Below, piece after piece: positions 7,894-15,095 of a stretch of DNA of 27,256 bases; within the stretch, counting starts at the first letter, position 1; each line of letters starts with the position of its first letter. Origin of the DNA: a virus (Duplodnaviria > Caudoviricetes); IMG/VR virus record IMGVR_UViG_3300030095_002016, positions 1 through 27,256 of that record, one strand, 5' to 3'. The position numbers were made by a program, and so were the translations under genes. The notes under the pieces are model-generated. The model made no database searches. It was not told the origin of the DNA and saw only the letters and a program-made list of their open reading frames with translations.

Positions 7894-8757
7894 CTATATA
7901 GTCTGGTAGTGAACTGCTATTAAACCACCAGCATCAAAGTTAGCGGCAGTAGTTCCAAGTTGAATATTTTGACAAGTGTTTCCACTTCCAAGGTCAATAA
8001 CACCACTATGGTTAAAGCCTGTTGCGTTTCCAGCATTTGAATTATAACATTCCCAGGTTGTCATCCAGTGACGGCCATCATCCACTGACCAATAATCTTG
8101 CATAGTGTACCAAGTATTTGAGGTGTTAGTGTATCCTACCAAACCAAAACCAGTAGAGTTTACAGTTGCACCCCCATTCTGTGCATACCCTGTGTTAGCG
8201 TAACCACTTGATACAACAGACCCTGCGCTAATTCCTAAACGACTATACATATAGCCTGTGCCACCACCTGATACATTCCAAGTTTGTAATTGTATGCGGT
8301 TCACACCTGATGGAATTGTAAAGTTATGAAGAGCCTCTCCTGTTGTTGTCGTAACATTTGACCCAGATTGTGTCCAAGAGGATGGTAAGTTTGTGAGATT
8401 TGCACCACTTATAGCTGGCAAAGCACCAGTAAGTTTGGAAGCAGACATTGCAGTTATTTTGGCATCGGAAACAGACCCATCAACAGGCACAGAACTTAAC
8501 TGTGTGAGTCCATTGTAAAGCACATAGATGTCATCGCTTGCCGCAACCGTATAGCCTTGAAGCGTCACCGTAGTACCGCTTGCAGTGTATGATGTTGTAG
8601 GCTCCTGACGCACATTATTAATAAACAGAGATATATCCTCTGGCGCACTAACAGCTTGTGTAAGCGTTAGAGTACCACCACTAGCACCTGTTAAATCTTG
8701 CTTGCTTGGCTGGTTTACAAAGCCAGCAACAGATCCTTGATTTCCAATGTAAGCCAT
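7894..8757 (-). CDS. tail fibre-like protein
   Basis: MAYIGN N-terminus, FINNVRQEP, and the SKLTGALPAI linker shared with 6246-7085. Confidence 0.75.
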   Translation of the reverse strand: MAYIGNQGSVAGFVNQPSKQDLTGASGGTLTLTQAVSAPEDISLFINNVRQEPTTSYTASGTTVTLQGYTVAASDDIYVLYNGLTQLSSVPVDGSVSDAKITAMSASKLTGALPAISGANLTNLPSSWTQSGSNVTTTTGEALHNFTIPSGVNRIQLQTWNVSGGGTGYMYSRLGISAGSVVSSGYANTGYAQNGGATVNSTGFGLVGYTNTSNTWYTMQDYWSVDDGRHWMTTWECYNSNAGNATGFNHSGVIDLGSGNTCQNIQLGTTAANFDAGGLIAVHYQTI

Positions 8758-8764
8758 AAATCAC

Positions 8765-9100
8765 CTATGAACTAATCGCATCAACGGCTGAAACCCAGAC
8801 ATCTACACTGCTATTGACACTTGATTTGACATACATCCTGTCACCTGATTGAACGACGACTTTTGCACCGCCATCTAAGATCTGTAACGCACCGCCAGCC
8901 GCAATGGGTGCATCTTTGATTAGATGGATGTCGTTGGTTCCATCGTTGATGTACACCTCAACAGTCACCGCATTGGTTGTGACATTGGCTATATGGCATC
9001 CGACAATCGTGTCAAAGCTGTCAAATGCAGCCCCAGTAGGTATATCAGCGGCATTTGTGCCTACTGCATTTAAAGTGTATCTTCTAAAATTCTGTGCCAT
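8765..9100 (-). CDS. small tail-associated beta-sandwich protein (111 aa)
   Basis: Follows the main tail fibre; GGAG RBS; IANVT...GGAL...KVVVQSGD...DVWVS. Confidence 0.75.
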   Translation of the reverse strand: MAQNFRRYTLNAVGTNAADIPTGAAFDSFDTIVGCHIANVTTNAVTVEVYINDGTNDIHLIKDAPIAAGGALQILDGGAKVVVQSGDRMYVKSSVNSSVDVWVSAVDAISS

Positions 9101-9115
9101 CGTTTATCTCCAAGG

Positions 9116-10414
9116 TCACAAAGCAATACTTATAGCAATTGAAAAACCGGCAGTAGCAAAGCCGGTTGTGCTGACAGCTACATCTTCCCATTGGCTTCCA
9201 CTGTAGACCCTCATATTCCCAGACGAACTAGAATAATAAATGTCACCAGCTTCTAATGCTGAACCGTCTGGGTCTTGGGTAGGGTCAGAAGACAGCGCAC
9301 CGAAATACTTGTTATCGAAAGTAGCAACGGAAGCTGCGGCAGCATCCGCCCAATGCTTGGCTGAGTAACTAGCGTTATCGACTGTACCACCTGTGTAGGT
9401 AGCCCAATCTTTAGCTGATCCACCGTTTGCTTGGCCTCTGCGTTGTGCGCCTATTGCATATTCTTTTGCGCTGTACTCAGTACCATCAACATTTCCTGAT
9501 GTTTCTACAGCCCATTCTTTAGAGGCTCCCCTCCCACTACTGTCAGTTACGCCTGTGCCGCCTATCGCATAGGCTTTACTGCTGTAGTCTTGAGTAGTGC
9601 CGTCATCAACCTGACCATCTGTTTTAACAGCCCAATCATCAGAAAACCCCGCTGCTGTTGCACTTGCTGCGGCTTCATCTGCTTTTGTCGTTGCTGTACC
9701 GGCTGCATTAGTTGCTGTAGTAGCGGCTGATTGTGCAACGCTGTTATCAACCATCAAATCCCATTTTGCTGAGTCTGTGTTGGTTGTAAGTGGCTGCGAC
9801 CCAGAAGAGGTGTGAGCCGTGTTAGCGATAAAGATATTGCCCGTGGATGTATCTTTAACAATATCCCCTTTTGAGTAAGCCCTACCAGATGACCAATTGC
9901 CTTCAAACGCCCCTTGAGTTGCAGCAATTGCCGCGCCATTTGAGTCAAACGCCAGGAACTTACTGGCGCGATCCGAGGCTTTTGGTATTTCCATCGACAA
10001 GTTAGTAGGGTCAGAAATGTTACCAATTAGGGCGCGGTCAACTCTTTCAGAAATTTGCTGATCGAAAATAGTTAAGGCATCTAATTGTTCGTTGAGGCTT
10101 GAGGCTTTCAAGTCACCCGCAGTTACAAAGTCGGTTGTACGTTCTATCGGCCTGGCACCAACAATTGTCACAGTATTGGCGTTAGTTGGTGCGTTAGGCA
10201 CATTAGTTGTGCCAGTGTTTAGTGTGACTGAGCCTGTTCCATTTGAGTTTATAGTAACTGTGTAATCTGTAGTTAGAGTAAGTTGTATAATATCAAGAAA
10301 CACAGCAACATCAGTATTTGATATAATTTCAAATGTAAAAGCGTAGGGCCCCGTACCCGCAGACCCCGACAAAACAACCCTTCGAGTCACCGCATTTATT
10401 GAATATGTGGTCAT
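9116..10414 (-). CDS. main tail fibre (T7 gp17-like N-terminal attachment domain)
   Basis: GSAGTGPYAFTF...DYTVT...R.TDF....L.ASSLN..LD N-terminus, WSSGRAYSKGDIV (CBM-like), Ala-rich coil and SAK.WA repeats. Confidence 0.85.
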   Translation of the reverse strand: MTTYSINAVTRRVVLSGSAGTGPYAFTFEIISNTDVAVFLDIIQLTLTTDYTVTINSNGTGSVTLNTGTTNVPNAPTNANTVTIVGARPIERTTDFVTAGDLKASSLNEQLDALTIFDQQISERVDRALIGNISDPTNLSMEIPKASDRASKFLAFDSNGAAIAATQGAFEGNWSSGRAYSKGDIVKDTSTGNIFIANTAHTSSGSQPLTTNTDSAKWDLMVDNSVAQSAATTATNAAGTATTKADEAAASATAAGFSDDWAVKTDGQVDDGTTQDYSSKAYAIGGTGVTDSSGRGASKEWAVETSGNVDGTEYSAKEYAIGAQRRGQANGGSAKDWATYTGGTVDNASYSAKHWADAAAASVATFDNKYFGALSSDPTQDPDGSALEAGDIYYSSSSGNMRVYSGSQWEDVAVSTTGFATAGFSIAISIAL

Positions 10415-10473
10415 TACAATACCTCACGCACCTAATGGCTGTTGTAACATAAATCTATAAAAAAGGCACTTAA

Positions 10474-12951
10474 TTATTGACCCATTACCCCCTGGATGTT
10501 AGGCCCACGCCTGGGCGATGACTCACCCATTCGCCACCAATAGTCCTGGTCATAATTGCGTTTTCTTCTACGTTCTAAACTTCTCATGCGGCTTTTGGCT
10601 TTTGGATCAACCATGAGCCGCAGCCTGTCTAAAACCAAACGCTCAAAAGCCAGGCGCAAATACCAAGTCGATGCGCCTGGTATATTACGACCAAAGAAAT
10701 CTATGGACTCACGCCCAAAGTTTGTTTCTTCACCGACTGCAAGTTGAGCAATATTCCCAATCGTAAGTTTTCTTAGTTGGTCAATAAAATCAATCCTTGG
10801 CCCTGCGATTGTGTTAGGTAAGCCAGAGCCAAACCTATTAAGACTCGAAAATAAGAAGTCTCCAAAAATACCAAGACCACCGCTAGTTAATAGTGCAGTA
10901 CCCCAAAATTGTGGCGTATCCATTGGCAACGGGTCACGGCCTTTTGTCATTTCTCTTATTTGAATCGACAAAGCAGCCATCGCTGTTGATGTAATAAGCA
11001 AGTCACCCGCAATAGCTGTTTTGCGCTGCACTCCATCTTGCGATAAAACGGCCTTAACATTGTTCATATAAAAAGTGACGGGGAAGTTTTTAAACATTGC
11101 AAAAGAACGTAATACTTCACCGCCAATAGTCCCCGCCTTTGACTTACCAACGAGAAACGCACGACCCCTTGCAGACGCCACTGGAACAGCCAGATTCGTC
11201 ATGCCCTGGACCATTTCGAGCATCTTGAAGGAAAGGGCACGATCCTTATCCAGCATATCATCTGGCCGCAAAAACTTAGCCCCTTTAAAATCATATTGTT
11301 CAAAGCTGCCCATTTTTGACCAATCGCCCTCGGTTATGCCATATCTCCGCAAAGTATCTTTAAAAGCTGGGTTAAGTTCAGCAAATGGTTTGGCCGCGTT
11401 ATCGGCGATGAAACCCATAAACTCCATACCAAAGGCCCAACGCCCTGCCTGGGTGAAAGGAGAGAGTAAGGAAATGTTCATTGCGGCGGTTGATATTGCG
11501 TCTGTAAAATTATTACCTAAAGCATCACCAGCGTAACGTGATTGCCCATAGGCAACAGATGACCAGTTTTCAGCAATAAGCCCCATGCGTATGGCTTGTT
11601 GCTTTGTAGTTTTATTATCAATCATCATTTTGAATGACTGTTTCATAGATGAGTTAAAAGTATCCATGCCAGCCATGCGCTTTGTAATCCTGGTATAATT
11701 TGGATCTGTAGCCATTGCCAGGATTGACGTTGATCCTAAATATGCGGCTGTAAGCAAGTTACCCAGGCCAGCAAAAGTTCTGGCTATACCTTCATTAACG
11801 GGTCGGTGAGATTTGCCTGTTATATAATCATAAACCGTATCGAACTCTTCAAGTGGGGCTTCCAATTTTGACGCAGCATTGGCTGGCTGACCAAGTGCTT
11901 TTGCATCTTTTTTAATCTGAGTTTTTAGGTAGGATATTGTTGATGTTGGATTTGGACCCAAAATTTCTAATAGTCCTACATCTTTCGACATACCGTCAAT
12001 GTGATCCATCATCATTGTAAACACATCACCGCCGCCGAATTTCTCCTGATATGCAAGCCAAGAGTCAGCGTCTTTAAAGACCAAGAAGCGATGATCTTGT
12101 CTGCGCCTGGCTAATGATTTGCCCTGGCCAGCAACAGATGTTTCCTTGACCTTTGAAAACCCATCAGTTGCAATCGTCTCATAAACCTCAGCTAGAACCT
12201 CATCAAACTCCACCACACCCATTGGCTTGCCCGTTTTAAAGCTAACCATTTTTTCTGGGTCGAGTAGGGGCTTTATAAATTCTAACCACTCTTTTGATCC
12301 AACTTTTCTGATTGCCGCGTTATCATGGCTTTGCGGCATGCCCCAATCTGTTCGCTTTGGAATGTCCCCGCCGGCCTTATTGAATTGAACCCGCAACCAC
12401 TCAGCGGCTTTGCCCCAGGATTGAGCCAGTTCTCTTGCTGCCTGGTCCCCCGTATTTTCTCCAAATATCTCACGAACCATTGATTGTGACTTAGCGCGGC
12501 TTGCACCAGTGGTACGACCCACAACCTGGGTTTTCCTCAATTGACCCAGGATATTGTCGATCATCCCGTGTGCAATGCCTCTGATTGCGTTTTGCCTGGC
12601 AACAACATTCGAGTAGGGGCTCCGACCCGTTCCGTCCCGCTCCAGGAGAGCAACCATTGCTTCGCCTTTGTTCTTTCCAGTAAAGCTATTTATGTTATTC
12701 ATCACACGTTTTTGCGTTGCACGTTGCAGTATCATGCGCTTTTTCTTTTGCGCTGCTTCGTATTTGAGAACATCAAAAGTATCAGAACCAGCCTTAGCAT
12801 CAGCCGCCGCAGGGCCCATACCACCTTTTGTTTCATTTTCTACTTTGAAGTTGATGAATAACTCACGGGCTTTTTCAGCCTGTTCTTTGGTCAAGCCGCC
12901 TTTGCCTGGCCCTTCTTTCTCAGCATTGTTGATGCAATCCAGCAAACTCAT
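10474..12951 (-). CDS. large internal virion / DNA ejection protein
   Basis: Helical protein of about 825 aa with GMPQSHD motif and a hydrophobic C-terminal region, last of the core genes before the tail fibre; start at 12951 by ATGA overlap. Confidence 0.75.
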   Translation of the reverse strand: MSLLDCINNAEKEGPGKGGLTKEQAEKARELFINFKVENETKGGMGPAAADAKAGSDTFDVLKYEAAQKKKRMILQRATQKRVMNNINSFTGKNKGEAMVALLERDGTGRSPYSNVVARQNAIRGIAHGMIDNILGQLRKTQVVGRTTGASRAKSQSMVREIFGENTGDQAARELAQSWGKAAEWLRVQFNKAGGDIPKRTDWGMPQSHDNAAIRKVGSKEWLEFIKPLLDPEKMVSFKTGKPMGVVEFDEVLAEVYETIATDGFSKVKETSVAGQGKSLARRRQDHRFLVFKDADSWLAYQEKFGGGDVFTMMMDHIDGMSKDVGLLEILGPNPTSTISYLKTQIKKDAKALGQPANAASKLEAPLEEFDTVYDYITGKSHRPVNEGIARTFAGLGNLLTAAYLGSTSILAMATDPNYTRITKRMAGMDTFNSSMKQSFKMMIDNKTTKQQAIRMGLIAENWSSVAYGQSRYAGDALGNNFTDAISTAAMNISLLSPFTQAGRWAFGMEFMGFIADNAAKPFAELNPAFKDTLRRYGITEGDWSKMGSFEQYDFKGAKFLRPDDMLDKDRALSFKMLEMVQGMTNLAVPVASARGRAFLVGKSKAGTIGGEVLRSFAMFKNFPVTFYMNNVKAVLSQDGVQRKTAIAGDLLITSTAMAALSIQIREMTKGRDPLPMDTPQFWGTALLTSGGLGIFGDFLFSSLNRFGSGLPNTIAGPRIDFIDQLRKLTIGNIAQLAVGEETNFGRESIDFFGRNIPGASTWYLRLAFERLVLDRLRLMVDPKAKSRMRSLERRRKRNYDQDYWWRMGESSPRRGPNIQGVMGQ

Positions 12952-15095
12952 GCGACACATCCTTCGAGTCTATTCAGCATTTGCTGATCTTGGGCCAACT
13001 CAGCTTTGACCTGGGCCCCCGTCATAGTGTCTGGCACAACCTCATCATCGACAGACCTATCGAAATACAACATTTCATCGTCAGCCAATGTCTCAAAGTC
13101 AGTATCCCTGGCTATCTGTTCGACAGTCAGATCAATATTGGCTTCAGTTTCTTTTGTAATTTCTGGAAGGGGTGCCGCTTGTGGCGCGTCAATCGGATCG
13201 TCTGGCAGTTTGCCTAGCTGTAGCTTGGCCGTAGCCTCATCAGCCCTGGCAACGTGGGCAGTTAGTTCCTCAGCATTTCTCGCAGCCGCAACATCTGGGC
13301 TTTGCCCTCGGGCGTCTCCAGGTGCGCTTCCACTTCTCTGTCCGCTTTCTCGTAGTCGTAACTCAACCCCTTCGAGGAGTCCCCTGGTATCTTCGATAAC
13401 GGGCTTTGCTGCCCCTTCGGACCCGTTGTTGTCGATTTTCGTGTAGCCATCAGCTAACCCTTTTTGTTTAATTTCATCATAAACCATCATTGGCTTTTCG
13501 CCAACACTCTTGAGATAGTCGTATGGGATATAACGATTTTTAGAAACAAAGCGCATAAACATACGGTTTCGAGCATTGATAAAACTTACATCCATACCAA
13601 CAAGTTCTATGTCGTAACCACCACCTCTCAGCTTTTTGATAAGTGGCTCTATGCTGCTTGCTTTATGGCCTACAGTCGGGATGACCATATTGATACCTTC
13701 ATCAATAGCTTCGGCTTGCACAACTTCCATCATCAACTTACTTTCACGATGAACCGCATTAGCCCCGACACCGCCTTGAAACTCTGGTATTAGTTTTTTG
13801 GCTTCATCCGCATCAATAATTGCCGCGCCATACTTTCTAGCTATTGGGTTTGCTAAGGTAGATTTACCCGCTGCGGGTGGTCCCAGGATAATAATAGCCT
13901 TTTTTTCAAACTTGTTTGCCATGTCTGGGACGGTGAGTTTAGCATCTGTCCAGGCTAAATGCTTACTGTCCTGGTATAGTTTTTTAAGGGCTGATTGATA
14001 GCCAATCATTTCACTGCCTGTACTCGGGTTTATAAATGCCCTATTCACCTCATATTCTACTGTTGCATATCCAGGCGCAGTCGAGGTTTCTGGTATACCC
14101 GTCATGTCATAATGAGCATTAGTAATAGCCTCATTATTTAGCAACGTCTCTTCATCAACATTGTTGTTAAGATCATCAACCAGTTTTAACTTACCAGCGT
14201 CAGTGACATTCTCAGGTGCAGTGAAAACCTCAGGCGCATTTGTATTTAAAGCATCAAAATCATCTAATCCATCTAGAACAACATCTGCATCCTTTGGGCT
14301 TATGCCCTTGCCTCGAAACGCCTCAATGCCGGACTTAACCTGGTCAGCCGTAAATCTAACGCCTTTGGCCGCGCCTGTTGCTGCAACAGGAAAAGCGGCT
14401 CCAATAGTTGCGCCCAAAGCCACATTTTTAAAAAAATCTTCATAGCCATAGTCCAGGCCCAGGGTGTTGTACCAATCCATAACACCAGCCTGGAGTTGTG
14501 CTTCAAGCCCCGCACCAACGATAGCCTCACGCAGCATGGTTTTGCCCAGGGCTTGTGATGCGTTAAACCCAAGAGAGACAGGCGCAGAGATTATAAGTGA
14601 CTCAATTAGCGAGTCATCAGTTAAAACACCCCCCATTGTCCCTACAAAGCCGCCAACAACGCCCATGCCTGTTTGATTGCTGGCATCCTCTTGGCCCTGT
14701 TGTACGGCCTTTAAACCGCGATCTATGATGGTTTGCTCTAAAGTCTCTCGGGTCATTCCCTGGAACTCAGGGTATCTGTCAGGATTGTCGTTAATTGTAC
14801 TAAAAAGATTTTTTAGTGCCCGTTCCCTGAACCGATCATTTGCGCCCATACTGTCGGTCATGCCAAAATATTGGCTGGGGTTTTGGATTTTTGTTTCTTC
14901 GCGCTCGTTGATGGCGTCAACTATAGGCTGTAGTTCTTCACCCATAATTGTCACATATGTATCAACATTTGAGCCATAAACCTGGGCGTCATATGCTCTC
15001 GACATTGAGTCCATAAAGTTAAGCTGTTCACCGCCAAACTCTACAAAGTTTCTGCCAACTCCTGTGTTATAGTATGGCTCAAAAAAAACGCTCAT
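12948..15095 (-). CDS. internal virion / ejection protein carrying a Zeta-toxin-like P-loop kinase domain
   Basis: Gly/Ala-rich hydrophobic N-half typical of ejection proteins; IIILGPPAAGKST Walker A, IIDADEAKKLIP, VHRES, GYDIEL and ARNR..R..R motifs at about 13400-13910. Confidence 0.8.
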   Translation of the reverse strand: MSVFFEPYYNTGVGRNFVEFGGEQLNFMDSMSRAYDAQVYGSNVDTYVTIMGEELQPIVDAINEREETKIQNPSQYFGMTDSMGANDRFRERALKNLFSTINDNPDRYPEFQGMTRETLEQTIIDRGLKAVQQGQEDASNQTGMGVVGGFVGTMGGVLTDDSLIESLIISAPVSLGFNASQALGKTMLREAIVGAGLEAQLQAGVMDWYNTLGLDYGYEDFFKNVALGATIGAAFPVAATGAAKGVRFTADQVKSGIEAFRGKGISPKDADVVLDGLDDFDALNTNAPEVFTAPENVTDAGKLKLVDDLNNNVDEETLLNNEAITNAHYDMTGIPETSTAPGYATVEYEVNRAFINPSTGSEMIGYQSALKKLYQDSKHLAWTDAKLTVPDMANKFEKKAIIILGPPAAGKSTLANPIARKYGAAIIDADEAKKLIPEFQGGVGANAVHRESKLMMEVVQAEAIDEGINMVIPTVGHKASSIEPLIKKLRGGGYDIELVGMDVSFINARNRMFMRFVSKNRYIPYDYLKSVGEKPMMVYDEIKQKGLADGYTKIDNNGSEGAAKPVIEDTRGLLEGVELRLRESGQRSGSAPGDARGQSPDVAAARNAEELTAHVARADEATAKLQLGKLPDDPIDAPQAAPLPEITKETEANIDLTVEQIARDTDFETLADDEMLYFDRSVDDEVVPDTMTGAQVKAELAQDQQMLNRLEGCVA
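13262..13450 (-). CDS. putative overprinted small protein in the +1 frame (62 aa from ATG 13450, or 34 aa from TTG 13366)
   Basis: Protein-like sequence SYDYEKADREVEAHLETPEGKAQMLRLREMLRN, while the host frame there reads as a low-complexity R/G/S/A linker. Confidence 0.4.
   Translation of the reverse strand: MATRKSTTTGPKGQQSPLSKIPGDSSKGLSYDYEKADREVEAHLETPEGKAQMLRLREMLRN

Larger units (their letters stand above)
6736..8430. repeat. 17-bp direct repeat GCTGGCAAAGCACCAGT (6736-6752 and 8414-8430) in a shared fibre linker
   Basis: Identical 17-mers inside DAKI..M.ASKLTGALPAI.G..LT.L in two genes. Confidence 0.8.

Noticed and set aside
5685-10414. Diversity-generating retroelement, suggested by the BPP-1-like architecture
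   Set aside because: No reverse transcriptase and no TR/VR pair of about 100 bp differing at adenines seen in the window.
10415-10473. Possible promoter upstream of the tail fibre gene
   Set aside because: AT-rich gap, but the -35 and -10 matches (GTGCCT and TACAAC) are too weak to call.
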